Shown piece by piece: positions 42,463-53,964 of a DNA stretch of 64,000 bases. The DNA comes from an uncultured virus (IMG/VR IMGVR_UViG_3300049255_000202). Lineage: Duplodnaviria; Heunggongvirae; Uroviricota; Caudoviricetes. The notes beneath the pieces are model-generated. The model searched no databases and was not told the origin of the DNA. It was given only the letters and a program-made list of their open reading frames with translations. The position numbers and the translations under genes were made by a program. The DNA is taken from the IMG/VR virus record IMGVR_UViG_3300049255_000202, one strand, 5' to 3'. How positions within the stretch are numbered: the stretch's first letter is position 1; every line of letters begins with the position of its first letter.

Positions 42463-43053
42463 CTATTCCCCGTCGTCGTCGAGAAGGCGCGTCCAGGCGT
42501 TCGTCGTCGGATGGGCCTTCTCTTTGATGGCCCGAGTGAGCGGCAGCGGGTCCTCGTACTCGGGGTCTGGATTGAGCGTCGATACCGCTATGGTAGAGAG
42601 GGTCATCCCCGTGGTCGCGTCAAGGATCGACACAACCCACGGGCATCGCTTCATCTTCTCGACGCGCTCGATGCGCAACCCGATGCGCCACGAGGAAGAG
42701 ACGCCGGTCACGGGATCGATGCAGACGGTGGCGACCTCGAAAGGCTCGGGGGCGATGTTGACCTTGGTCGGCTCGACGTGCCGCTGATACCGCGGAGCGG
42801 GTCCGCGACCCCACCGGGACGCGGGTCCCCACGCGGGGCCTTGCTCCATGGAAGGGTTCGGCCGAAGTGGTAGTCGGGTCTCGTAAAGGGTCCGGCCGCC
42901 GCGAGCGATGCTCGCCGTGGCCTCCATGGGTTTCGAGGGGCCAACCGTCAAAAGCCCCGTCACCACGTGATCCCCGATCGAGCGGACCACCACGGACGTC
43001 GGGCACTCCTCGGGCATGATGATGAGCGGCTTGCGAGTCAGATCGATGAGCAC
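42463..43053 (-). CDS. hypothetical protein with NAWTRLLDDD tag
   Basis: 196 aa ORF. Confidence 0.65.
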   Translation of the reverse strand: MLIDLTRKPLIIMPEECPTSVVVRSIGDHVVTGLLTVGPSKPMEATASIARGGRTLYETRLPLRPNPSMEQGPAWGPASRWGRGPAPRYQRHVEPTKVNIAPEPFEVATVCIDPVTGVSSSWRIGLRIERVEKMKRCPWVVSILDATTGMTLSTIAVSTLNPDPEYEDPLPLTRAIKEKAHPTTNAWTRLLDDDGE

Positions 43054-43409
43054 GTCGTCACCTGTGGGCCGCTTCTACCATCGCCTTGTAGACGTCCGGG
43101 TGCTTGTCTTTCAACTCGCGGAGCCACACGAGGGACGTGTTCGTCCAGAAGCGACGGGCGTAAACCCGCACCCCGGCTCGACCATGAGGTACGTGTAGAC
43201 GTGGATGTTGCCCTTGTCGTCGGGGACCAGATCGATGTCGGTCACGTGCGGGATGGCCGACTCGCTCGCCCAGACGGCTTCGCCTCGGACGCGATCCCAA
43301 AGCGTCGCATCCGGAAAGCGTTCGGCAATGGCGCGCTCGGCTTGGAGCTGTTTCTCGCGGTCCTCGACACCCTCGCGGATGGAGTAGGCCATACAGCGGA
43401 TCTACACCG

Positions 43410-43889
43410 CTAGAAGTCGAAGTCGTCGGCGTCGATCCGCTGCCACGAGGTTCGGCGCGGCCCCGTGTACGGTGGCGGCGCCGGCGGACCGAGCGGGATC
43501 TCCGCACACGGGTTCGTCGATCCGTAGCTCCGGTCCATCAGGTTGTACCGGCGCCGCTGGATCTCGTGGAGGTTGATGTTCGGGTTCGACGCGATCTCGA
43601 ACTCGGGCACTCGGACGCGCTGCCCGCGAATCGGAAGTCGCTCGTCGGGGTCCAAGAGCCGCGCGTCGAGTTCCCGTCGACGGGTCGCGATGTCCTGCCG
43701 ACGTACCGGCGGGAGCGGGTCAAGGAACGGATCGCCCTGGGCCGAAGCACTCCGGTACGTGGCCGCGTGAGGTTCCCCGGCAAACTCGGACCGAAGCCGT
43801 TCGACCGCGCGAGTGTTCACGACGACTTCGCCGGGCTCCTCGCTCGCCATGAACTGGCCCTGGTATTCCTGGGTGCCGGTCCGCAACAT
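43410..43889 (-). CDS. hypothetical protein with TSWQRIDADD tag
   Basis: 5' end abuts the tnpB mini-element; start uncertain. Confidence 0.55.
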   Translation of the reverse strand: MLRTGTQEYQGQFMASEEPGEVVVNTRAVERLRSEFAGEPHAATYRSASAQGDPFLDPLPPVRRQDIATRRRELDARLLDPDERLPIRGQRVRVPEFEIASNPNINLHEIQRRRYNLMDRSYGSTNPCAEIPLGPPAPPPYTGPRRTSWQRIDADDFDF

Positions 43890-43920
43890 CGCGTGAGCTA
43901 GCTCGTGCCTCTCCCCTGGG

Positions 43921-44154
43921 TCGACGGTACGAGCGCGTTCTGTACTGACTCTCCCAAGGAACTCGTTCGGCAATGTGCCCGAAATCGCTCTCTCAGCAGT
44001 GCCTTCACTGCGGACGGGCGATCGTCAAGACCAACTTGTTTGTCCTCGGAACGTCCGAGCAAGTTGATCCCTCCCACCACGTCCGCGTGAATAAGTAGCC
44101 TAGTTACCATCCGAGCGGTGTCAAACAGGTTTGAGAGTCAACTGAGCTGACCCT
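43921..44154 (-). mobile_element. tnpB-derived mini-element, copy A (3'-truncated)
   Basis: 234 bp near-identical to 50908-51141 (about 4 mismatches); encodes HADVVGGINLLGRSEDKQVG. Confidence 0.85.
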
Positions 44155-44156
44155 AT

Positions 44157-44192
44157 CAACAAAGCCCGGCCACCTTGTGAGGTGGCCGGGCT
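44157..44192 (-). terminator. intrinsic terminator
   Basis: AGCCCGGCCACC-N6-GGTGGCCGGGCT perfect 12 bp stem, then TTGTT on the minus strand. Confidence 0.75.
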
Positions 44193-44328
44193 AGTCGGGG
44201 AGGTCGGATTTTCACACGACAACCACTCGGTCCAAGAGCCGAGCGCACCGTAGTTGTGCTACTCCCCGGTTTGCCGATCGAGACGTGGGTCGAACCCATG
44301 CGCGTAATCGGCACCGCGCATGGGAGGA

Positions 44329-45717
44329 CTATACACCAGCCGGACGGGCCGCGAGAGCGAAACCGCTCTCGTCGCGATCGATTTCGACGTCCGGCACGTC
44401 GCCCTTGAGACCCTTGCCCGAGAACACGCCCGCCTTGCGGAGCGTCGCCGCGAGGTACGGCGAGGACACCGCGACCCCGTGGACAAGCTCCGGCGTCGGG
44501 CGGAACTCGGCCGCCTTCTGGTCCTTCTTGCACCCGGTCCACTTCTGGGGCTCGACCCCGTGCGTGGCGCAGACCATCTCGACGTAGGACCGCGTGCAGG
44601 ACTTCTCGCCACGCACGACCTCCCACGGCGCCGGCACGTCGTACCAGACCTTCGTGTCCGGATGGACGTCGCCCCCGCTCGCCATGTGCCAGCGCATGAC
44701 GTCGGCCGCCATGAGGCGCATGACCTTGCCGGGGCACACCTCGTTGAGGAGGGCCTCCATGCCCATCGCGTGGAGCAGGGAGATCCAGTTCTCGCGCGCC
44801 TTGTTCCACCCTCCCGCGACCTGGTTCCACGTCGAGGAGTCGTTGCCCCGGTGGACGACCATGAGGCGGCGGTCGAAGTTCGACGTGCGGTACACCTCGT
44901 GGAGCATGTCGGCCATGTCCGTGAGGAGCGACCACCACGTGCCGAGCAAGCGGCCCTTGGCCTCGTCGTCGACGAGGCGCTTGAGCACGCGCTCCTGCGG
45001 GATGACGCACGCGATGACATCCCAGCGGGCGTCCGGGTCCTTCTCGCACTTGTCGAGGAGCATTTCCGCGATCTCGTCGAACGCGCGCTCCTGCGACCCG
45101 TTCGTGAAGACTGAGCGCATGCTCATGCGAGCCGACTGGTATGCAACGAGGCACGCCGTCGTGAGGTTCGCCTCGAAGTCCTCGGGGCGGATCTTCGTCG
45201 CGAGCGCGCTCTTGCCGACGCGCGTGAACTCGTACTTGCGCGTGTTCCACGCGAGGCGCGTGATCTTCTCCTCCAAGTGGCAGAGGATGCGGTAGCGCTT
45301 GTTGTACCAGCGCTGGCACTTGTAGATGCCGGCCTCACGGCGCTGCTGCTTCGTGAGGTGCGTGTGGATGCCGTATGCCTTCGAGATGATGGCTCCGAGG
45401 CGCTTGGCAAACGCCTCCACCCGCTCGGGGTTCATGCACTCGGCCGCGCTCGGGGCCGTGAACGCCTCGGGGGCGCCGATGGAGAACACCATCGCGGCCG
45501 TGCGTGCCTGCTTCTCGGCCGACACGGGACGCATGAAGTCCGCCGCCATGGAAGAGTAGGCGTAAGCCGTCTTCTTCAGCGAATGGCGAGACGCCTTGGC
45601 GATCTTCGCCTTTTCGGCACTCGACATCGGCAACGTGTCCTCGATGAGCTGGGCCACGTCTTCCGGTCGCGGGCGCGTCTGCACCGCGTCGTAGAGGGCC
45701 TGGAACTTCGCGTCCAT
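44329..45717 (-). CDS. hypothetical protein (462 aa)
   Basis: Long ORF with GC3-rich codons; GGTGTA-N9-ATG start. Confidence 0.75.
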   Translation of the reverse strand: MDAKFQALYDAVQTRPRPEDVAQLIEDTLPMSSAEKAKIAKASRHSLKKTAYAYSSMAADFMRPVSAEKQARTAAMVFSIGAPEAFTAPSAAECMNPERVEAFAKRLGAIISKAYGIHTHLTKQQRREAGIYKCQRWYNKRYRILCHLEEKITRLAWNTRKYEFTRVGKSALATKIRPEDFEANLTTACLVAYQSARMSMRSVFTNGSQERAFDEIAEMLLDKCEKDPDARWDVIACVIPQERVLKRLVDDEAKGRLLGTWWSLLTDMADMLHEVYRTSNFDRRLMVVHRGNDSSTWNQVAGGWNKARENWISLLHAMGMEALLNEVCPGKVMRLMAADVMRWHMASGGDVHPDTKVWYDVPAPWEVVRGEKSCTRSYVEMVCATHGVEPQKWTGCKKDQKAAEFRPTPELVHGVAVSSPYLAATLRKAGVFSGKGLKGDVPDVEIDRDESGFALAARPAGV

Positions 45718-46074
45718 GAGGTGATGTACACCGGCCGGGGAATGTAGGTAAGGGTGGGCGGTTGATCGGGCCGGGTCGCGGGCCTAGTACGACCATGAAA
45801 AACGCCTCGCCGCAAGCGCTCGAAGATCGTGACCTACGCCTCCGTCGTCGTGGGGACCGACATCTGGATCGACGTGGGTGAGCAGCGGGAGTACCCGAAC
45901 GGCACGCGCGACACGATCAACAGCGCGACCCACGAGTTCAAGACGCCCGAGGAGCTTGTGCGCCTCGCGACGCGATGCCTCGAAGCGGCCGAGATCATGC
46001 GGACCCGCAAGGCCGCCCGCCGAAGCCGCAAGGCCCGGTGATTGACCAACCCCCAAGCGGAGCCTAGTACGCCC

Positions 46075-46343
46075 ATGCCTACCCGCGTTTCTCTCGGCCG
46101 CGTTGTCTCGACCCCCGGCGCCCTCGCCACCTTCTCCACGGAGGAGTACAGCGGCTGCCTCCAGCGCCACGCGCGGGGCGACTGGGGTGACCTGGTGATG
46201 ATCCAAAGGTTGCGGCCGTCCGCGAACTTGTAGGACGAGAGAAGCCGCTCGCCGGCCGTAACGGCGCGGTCGTTCGCCTCGCGGTCCTCGTCGCCGAGTG
46301 GGATCGCTCGGTCACGACCCTCTTGCTCCCCGAGGAGTACTGA
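46075..46343 (+). pseudogene. small HxxGDWGD-motif protein with its centre inverted
   Basis: RHARGDWGDL on +, GDEDREAN...LWIIT on - (46194-46295), then EWDRSVTTLLLPEEY* on +. Confidence 0.8.
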
Positions 46344-47671
46344 CGTGGACCGCATCTTTAGGCGGGCGAGGATCGCCGCCGCTTTTCACGCGATCATGGC
46401 CATGCGTCGAGGCGATGTGCCCACCGCGCAACGGTTTGCCCGATGTGGCGGCGCATGCGTGGGCAATATCATCCGCATCGCAGTGCGGGACCTCTAGCTA
46501 GTCGCCAAACAAGAGGGCGAGGGCGAGGTCGTAGCCGGGTCCCACGCCGTGCGGTAGTGCCGGATGGACGCGAACATCCACAACGACGGCGTCCTCACGG
46601 CGGCGGTCTCACCGTGGGCAACATCGGACTCGGCTTCGGCGCCGTCGAGACGAGCAACTCGGCGTCAGCGCCGCTGCTCGCGGTCGTCGTCGCGACCGCG
46701 TTGGAGGCCAGGAAGTACATGGACGACGGGTGCCCCGCTCTCATGGGGGCCCCTTCCCGACGCCTCGAAGAAGCCGCAGCAGTGATCAGGCGGCGAGGAA
46801 GTCCGCGTTGACGACCTCGAAAGACGTCTTGCCGACGTAGCGGTACCCAATGACCGCTTTGGGGTTGAAGAGGACGACGCCGCGCTGAGAGCCCGACTCG
46901 ACGACGCGCCCGACCGCTTCCGGGTCGGACACGGCGATGCGACACCCGAGCGGGATGAGATGGTGGTCACTGCTCGTGAGGATGCGGCAGCAGGGGAGGT
47001 TGCGCTTCTGGAAGTCCCAGTCGGCCTCCTCGTAGGCGCTCCGGTTCTGCCAATCGCCGGCTTTCGCGGCCTCGAGCAGGAGGAGCACGCAGCGGTCCTC
47101 CAGCTCGACCGGAGTGAAGTCGTAGAGCGGGACGCGGACGCACGCCTTGCCTCGCTGGCTCTGAACACCGAAGCGCGTCGCGTAGTACGTGTGGACCTCG
47201 CGCTCCGCCTCGTAGACGGCTAGGTACGCGCCTTCGGTGTTGTCGACCATGAAGCAATCGGTGATTTTGCTCATCGCTTGGACCACAAGCCTTTGACGTG
47301 TTCGAGGGTGTCGGTCATGGGATCACGCTTCGCCGCCGCGTTCGCGAGCCCGAGGAAGAGAGAGACCGGCGGAGTCGTGAGGCTGCCAGCCGGGCGGAGC
47401 TTCACGGAGCGTGGTGGCCGGTACACCCGAGCCCGCCAGCCCCCACGACGGCAGGAAGCCCGCTTGAATGAGAGCGAGGTCCACGGTGGTGAAGAAGCTC
47501 ACCCACTCCTCGACGCGGTCAGGCCACGGGATTTTCCGCGCCTCGTGGGCCGCGACGAGAATGAGGGAGAGGATGAAGCGGCTCATCCGCACCGCCCGCT
47601 GCCGCGGGGCAATCCGCGACTTCGTTGCATTCCGCTACGTGGCGACTTTGCCATCGGCGGCGTCTACACCG

Positions 47672-48073
47672 CTACTTCGACGGGGACGGTTCGGGCGCGG
47701 AATCGGCCGCTTCCTGAAGGATCTGCGGGCAGTTGTCGGTCGAATAGTTGTCGGCCGTGATGCCCGCGGCAGCCGACGCGAGACCGGCGAGGACCGCCGC
47801 GACGGCCGCGCCGATGGCGACATCACGCTGAACATTCGGGTCCGACGACACGGCGGACATGGAGCCCGAGAGACCGCCGGCGCCGCCGAGGACTGTGCCG
47901 GAGAGGACCCAGACGTTGTGCCACGTGCGCTCGGTCTTGCACGCAGACACCTTGGCCGGGTCGGGAGGAGGCGTGGCCTTCTCCGGGGCTCCGCCCATGA
48001 GGTGCGAAGCCACGGGCTCGTGGATGCACCCGACGAGCAACGCAAACACGGGGACGCAAAACAGAGCCTTCAT
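47672..48073 (-). CDS. putative lipoprotein with two Gly/Ala-rich hydrophobic helices
   Basis: LLVGC lipobox. Confidence 0.55.
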   Translation of the reverse strand: MKALFCVPVFALLVGCIHEPVASHLMGGAPEKATPPPDPAKVSACKTERTWHNVWVLSGTVLGGAGGLSGSMSAVSSDPNVQRDVAIGAAVAAVLAGLASAAAGITADNYSTDNCPQILQEAADSAPEPSPSK

Positions 48074-48128
48074 GCTTGAGTCGCTCGACAAGAGAACTAG
48101 CCGTCCGGGCAAAGACGGATGAGCCTCG

Positions 48129-48323
48129 ATGGTGGCTGCGAGAGCCCCGACCTACTACCGGCTGCTCGAACGCATCCTCGACTCGTGCGAGCTTCCCGAG
48201 GACTTGAGGGAGGTCGTCGAGATCAATCTTTGGCGGGGCGCCCCGGACCTTCGGCAACAGCCCGTTGTGCGGGCGAGGACGCGGAAAACGGCGTGGGCGC
48301 ATCTTCTCGACGAAGACCTGTGA
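48129..48323 (+). CDS. small protein with TAWAHLLDED tag
   Basis: 64 aa ORF ending in the shared tag. Confidence 0.55.
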   Translation: MVAARAPTYYRLLERILDSCELPEDLREVVEINLWRGAPDLRQQPVVRARTRKTAWAHLLDEDL

Positions 48324-50219
48324 CCTGCTCGGCCGCCGCGAGGTCCTGACCGACGGCGGCCCAGTCCCCGCCGATGGCCTCCCAGTCGCTCGCAAGGGCC
48401 TCGGCGTCGGTCCTATGCCGCCTCCTGGGATCGCTCAACTCGAGCGATGTACGGCGCTGGCTCGTACATCCCGTTCGAAACGGTCCAGACTTCGCGCGTC
48501 GGGTGTGGCATGCTCTAGCGGTACGACGAGGCGCGCTTGATCGCCCGACGTACTCCCTTGCGAACGTAGGGCACGATTTCGGTATCACCCGTCGTAAACG
48601 TCTTGCCGGCGTTCTTGCACTTGTACGGGCGACCATTTTTGTCCACGCCGCTCGGGTGGTAGAACTCGCCTCTCGAACTGAAAGGTTCGATGTCGCGCAT
48701 GACCACGTGGCAGCGCTTTGCACACGGCGCGATCGGTACGGTCGACGGGCGTGGGCCGGACGTTGAGGGGCATCACCACTCCTTGGGGACGGTTGGGATG
48801 TAGCCCGTGAAGACGGCGATGACCTTGCCGTCCGAGATGCGGATCACTTCCGAGGGCAGGACTTTGCGGGCTCGGGCCATCGCAGCGCTCGGGTCGGCGT
48901 AGAGCGTGGGCTCGCCCTTGACCTGGAACTTGTCCCCGTCGACCGTCGCGATGTGTTTGGGGCGCTTTTTCTCCGCGCGCTCTTCTGCCCTCTTCATCGT
49001 GCCCTTCGAGGTCCGTACACCGTCAAGTGCTGCCGCCCCGTGTTTCATGCCCGGGAAGACCGCCCGGTAAGGTCGGGAAAGAACCGGGGTCGCGTAATCT
49101 CTACGCGCACCATGCAGGGCGGCAGCAGCTCGCGTTCTACACCGTCACCGCTCGCGCTCCTAGCGCTTCGATGAGTCTCTCGGCCGTGTCGTAGGGGTAG
49201 AACGGATGCACGCTCTTGCGCTTCCCACACCCACGACACCACTCGGTCAGGCCATCCTCGACGTTGCATGCGTTGCCGATAGATCGCCCCACAATCGCGG
49301 CACCCTCGGCAGGCGCTTGTTCGTAGGCGTCGATGCGGGCGAGAATCCCCGGCCCGAGCATGGCCCGAAGACGGTCCAGTTCGGCACTCATGGAGTCACT
49401 CCGCAGCGGGCGGCTCGTCGTCGGGCTTGCCCATGGCGCGCTTCATCGCCGCACGAACCTTGGGGTCGTCGACGATGTGCGGGTTCTTGCCCAGCTCGTA
49501 CTCGGCGGCGAGTTTCTCCTCTTCCTCTGGACTCATGGACGTCTGCGTCGTCCCAGGCGTGACGAGGGTGCGGACTTGATCCGCTTTCGGGGAGAACTTC
49601 GCCACCTCCATGACCTCCTCGGCCGGCTCGTAGAGAAGGCGGAAACGAACGCCGTCGATGCGGCGCCCGGTGAGATCCACGTAGGTGTCGGCCGGGATCG
49701 GGTCGCCCTCCGGGACCGGCTCGATTCTCTCGTACCATGCGGCGAGGAACGGCTCGGCGTCCTTCCCGTTCTTCGGGCGCCAGTAGCCGATCTGGCGCGT
49801 GATCTTCGCCGTCGTAGGCCCGCTCACCTTTCGATGCGCGATGGGCCGATTGACCGGGACGGTGACGCCCGGACCTTGCGCCTTCTTTCTCGAGACCCAG
49901 TAGGACCTGGCGACGAGGAAGAAGATGACGAGCGAGACGGCGAGATTGAGGACGGTGAGAGCTTCCATGGGACCTCAGTCGAGAGGGAAATGTTCGTCGC
50001 TGACGGCGGTGAGGATCGGGACGCCAACGATCTCACTGGGCACATGCTTCGTGTCCGATTTGGTCGCGACGTTGACCTTGATGAAGTGCGAGCCGGCCTT
50101 GTCCATCCCGATTCCCATGCCGCGGAACCACGGGGCGTTGACGCGCGTGAGTGACGGGTCTCCGAGCCCTAGCTGGGTCCGCAGCGTGATCTTGGCAGCT
50201 ATTGCACGCTCGCGCGAGA

Positions 50220-50486
50220 TCACGGGTCCTCATCCTCGAGCACGCGGTCCCATGCGTTCTGGGGCTTTTTCTTCGGGAGGAGGTAGGCGTTGTCTTTCTC
50301 GGCCTCCTCCCGCGACTTGCCTCGCTCCATCGCGTACTCGACGCGAGCCCGGAACTTGAGCCGGCCGGCGTGCTCCCCGTAGCAGTCGGGGGAGCTGCCT
50401 CCGACGCCGTACTTGTACTCGACCTTCTCGCCGTACTTCTCGCCGAGGGCCTCGTAGTTGTGGCCGTTCTGTCCGCTCATCACCAA
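50220..50486 (-). CDS. small protein with NAWDRVLEDED tag
   Basis: 88 aa ORF ending in the shared tag. Confidence 0.6.
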   Translation of the reverse strand: MVMSGQNGHNYEALGEKYGEKVEYKYGVGGSSPDCYGEHAGRLKFRARVEYAMERGKSREEAEKDNAYLLPKKKPQNAWDRVLEDEDP

Positions 50487-50810
50487 AGCGGCGGCGCGAG
50501 TAGATTATTGGCCTCGATCTTCTTGGGGGTTACGACAGGAGCCGGGCGACGGACGGGGCTTCTTCCCCTGCTCATCCATCCACTGGAGGATGCCTGGCAT
50601 CTCGCGAATGAGCGCGTTGCGGAGCTTCTGAGCCTGATTGCGAGTGAGCGGCCCGTCTTTGACCTGCTTGAGCAGCTCCATGACGTCGCAGCGCCGGTCG
50701 GCCACGTGCATCATCCATTCGAGCGTCGCTTTCACAACGGACCGAACGCTCGTGTCGTCGTAGAACTTGGGCCGCGTTAGCGTCGGATGGGAACGTAGCT
50801 CGTGCATCAA

Positions 50811-51141
50811 ACCGTACTCGGGAAGTTGCTCAAAGTTGGTCACTGGTCAACCACCTGATTTGAGGCTGTGCCGGACCGTAGAGGTACTCCGGTAGTAAGC
50901 CTCCGGCTCGACGGTACGAGCGCGTTCTGTACTGACTCTCCCAAGGAACTCGTTCGGCAATGTGCCCGAAATCGCTCTCTCAGCAGTGTCTTCACTGCGG
51001 ACGGGTGATCATCAAGACCAACTTGTTTGTCCTCGGAACGTCCGAGCAAGTTGATCCCTCCCACCACGTCCGCGTGAATAAGTAGCCTAGTTACCATCCG
51101 AGCGGTGTCAAGCAGGTTTGAGAGTCAACTGAGCTGACCCT
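50811..51141 (-). mobile_element. tnpB-derived mini-element, copy B (promoter plus putative omega-RNA end)
   Basis: TTGACA-N16-TAGGCT (51111-51084) followed by tnpB 3' sequence; last 80 bp shared with 54792-54871. Confidence 0.85.
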
Positions 51142-51776
51142 TGCACCCTGGAGCCGGATCTGGAAGGACAAGACGGAACGCCGTTCGGTTCGCACTGCAA
51201 CTGCCCGCGTTGCGAGCGGTTCGAGGAGATGCGCCTGCTTGCTCAGGAGCACAAGGAACGGTGCATGTGGGGGCTGGGTGCATGACCGACGTCGTTCACG
51301 AGTGCGACTACTCTGACCACCGGAGCTTGCACATCAAGTGCGACAACACGTGGACCGAGCCCACGTGGGACGAGGTTCGCGTTCGTCTTCCGCGCGGAGT
51401 GTACATGAGTGACGACCGACGAATGTACACGTTCGAGCCGGAGAAGGTCACGTGCCCCAAGTGCAAAGCTCATGGTGTAGAGCACAACTCATGAGCGACA
51501 GGCCCGAGACCGGCGCCATGAAATTTGGCGACGATTGGACCGGCATCTTCATCCGAGGCGACAGCGCGCCCTACTACGCGATCACGCTCAAGACCTTTCT
51601 CGAAAATACCCCTCAGGACGCCGAGAACGTGCTCGGTCACATCATGCTCAAGGGCCTGGCCGAGCTGCTCTTCTCGTGCGAGGAGGGCAAAGACCCCAAC
51701 GTGCAGACACTCCATGCGTGGGATCAATGCCGGACGACGAAGAAGTAGTCGGCGAAGATCCTTCAGGACGACTAGA

Positions 51777-52031
51777 ATGTCGGAGAAGAAGCCAAAGCCC
51801 AAGAAAGACGTGTGGACGGTGAGGGTCACGTGCGACCTGACGCCTCCGCACAATTTCCTCCGCGAGACCCGGCACACGAGCGAAGAGACGGCGATCAAGG
51901 CCGCCGAGAAGGCGCACAAAGAGTTCAAGGGGACGCCCGGCTTGAAGGTCGAGATGCGTCAGCCCGAAGACCCTGACACGCCCCGCCGGACCTCGTGGGA
52001 GCGGATCGTCGCGGCGAAGCCCGTGGTGTAG
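51777..52031 (+). CDS. small protein with TSWERIV tag
   Basis: MSEKKPKP...PRRTSWERIVAAKPVV. Confidence 0.55.
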   Translation: MSEKKPKPKKDVWTVRVTCDLTPPHNFLRETRHTSEETAIKAAEKAHKEFKGTPGLKVEMRQPEDPDTPRRTSWERIVAAKPVV

Positions 52032-52214
52032 ATAGCGGTCCGTGGCGACGGACCCCGTTCACTACGACGAGACGGACAAAGCCTGGTACTTCTGGGACGA
52101 GACGTGGGCGCACCGTCATGGTCCGTTCCCGTCTCGAGAGAAGGCCGTCGAGGCGTGCTCTCGCTACGCGCACTCGCTCGACAATTACCGAGGCTTGGAC
52201 GAGGAAGAGGAAGG

Positions 52215-52766
52215 ATGAAGATCAAAGAAGAGGCACTCCCGCTTGGCGCCGAGTGCAAGTACGACTGTGCGCCGAACGTCGTCGTCATGTTCATCAACCC
52301 GGCCAAGCAGCTCGCGCGCATGGGGCCAGGCTTGGCGTACTTCGCGCCGCCGCTCATCCCGAACCTCTCGAAGGCCGAAGTCGGCCGGTTCTGCGGCGAG
52401 ATCCACAAGGCGAACCCGAACGCGGAGATCACCGTCGTTACGGGCACGACCGGAGTCGCCATCTTCGCTTCATCCGTCGACGCGGCGTGGAAGCCTCCGG
52501 CACCTGCGGCAACTCGGTCGGACGAGTGGGACAAGCTCGGGGTCGACTACCCAGGCGAGGATGTCGCTGCTCGAGCTGTGTTCGACGTGCTTGCCCCCGT
52601 CGATCCCGAATACAACCGCCGGTTCGCGTGGTACGAACTCGGCCACGAGACAACTCCGGAGCCGTCCGAGGTGTGGGACGCGGCTCAGAAGTGTGCCCAG
52701 GCCGTCATCGCCGCGCTTCGTTCGAAGGTGGCGGCCGAGAAGAAGGCGAAGAAGGCCGAGCCGTGA
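52215..52766 (+). CDS. hypothetical protein
   Basis: Purine-rich RBS before MKIKEEAL. Confidence 0.6.
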   Translation: MKIKEEALPLGAECKYDCAPNVVVMFINPAKQLARMGPGLAYFAPPLIPNLSKAEVGRFCGEIHKANPNAEITVVTGTTGVAIFASSVDAAWKPPAPAATRSDEWDKLGVDYPGEDVAARAVFDVLAPVDPEYNRRFAWYELGHETTPEPSEVWDAAQKCAQAVIAALRSKVAAEKKAKKAEP

Positions 52767-53759
52767 CCGTGGACGAGCTGGGCCTCACGCTATCGAACGA
52801 GAAGCTCTCGGACGTCGACCGTTTTACGCTCGAGAACGACGCGCTTCGTGCGTGTGTCCAGCAGTTCGCGAGGTGGCGGGACGAGAACCCGTCCGTGATG
52901 CGTGCCATCGAGAAGTGCCGCCGGGAAACGAATGGAACAAGCGCGGGTGCCCCGATGGCCGGCGCGGCAAGATCCTCAAAAGGGCGATCCTCCATGAAGA
53001 CTAGAGTCCCCATCAAGAGCCAGTTCGACAAAAACGTGGAGTACCCGGCGGGCACCGACGTCGTCATCGTCGAGCAACTCGACAAGCACACCGTTCTCGC
53101 GGAGGTCCGCATCCCGGACGAGACCCTCGTGGGTGGGGCGCGCTTCGACACGGTGCAGATCCCCAAGAGCTACTTGGAGCCGTAGCCGTGCTCATCGATC
53201 TCAGCTCGGAGCGCACGGTCATCGACCCGAGTCGGTTCGCCGGGACCCTCGCCATCCAGATCGACAACGGCGGCACGCCTGTGGAACCGCGCGGTCGACC
53301 CGAGTGTGGTGTCTTCTCCGGCCGCGGGCCTGGGACGAACGAGAGCGAGATGGAGCGCCGGCAGCCGGAAGTGGTCCATGACCAAGACCCAGATTTTGCC
53401 GAGACCGGCATCCACATCTACCTGATCGATCGGCCAGAGCGACGCGCTGGACTCAACACGGTCTACCAGCACCACTACGTGGCGGTGACGTGGCGGCATC
53501 ATGTCTACCTCAGCTACGCCCAGCCCTTTGAGATCACGCTCTCGGAGCGCGGTCCGATGCACCTCGAACAGGACAGCGACATCGTGCCCGACGAGCCCGC
53601 GAGCTGGGACGTGGCGATCCACGGGCTCGGATGGATCATCCTGCCGGACTACGAACCGGGGCATCTTGCCCGAGGTCGCGCCCGCCTGATTTAGGATCTC
53701 CCGATGCGCCGTCTCTTGTGAGCGGGAGATGTAATCCCGCTGGTACCGGGAGACTACAC

Positions 53760-53960
53760 GTGACGCAGAAGGAGAAAGTCAGGGACTACGTCGAGAAGAA
53801 CCCTGGCAAGACGGCAACGGAGATCGCTGTGGCGATCGACATGCGGTCGGCCACCGTCTCGTCTGTCCTCGTGAAGGGCTTTTACGCGGGCCTCTTCCGG
53901 CGGGAAAAGCCCGAGGGCGCCAAGGGCTGGCTCTACTACATCGCGAAGCCGGGCGAGTGA
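53760..53960 (+). CDS. small winged-HTH protein
   Basis: YVEKNPGKTATEIAVAIDMRSATVSSVL...GWLYY. Confidence 0.65.
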   Translation: MTQKEKVRDYVEKNPGKTATEIAVAIDMRSATVSSVLVKGFYAGLFRREKPEGAKGWLYYIAKPGE

Positions 53961-53964
53961 GCCG

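Noticed and set aside
43899..50805. Shared 10-mer GCACGAGCTA just downstream of both tnpB mini-elements (43899-43908 and 50796-50805)
   Set aside because: It could hint at guide-target or insertion-site similarity, but it is only 10 bp and at different offsets, so chance cannot be excluded.
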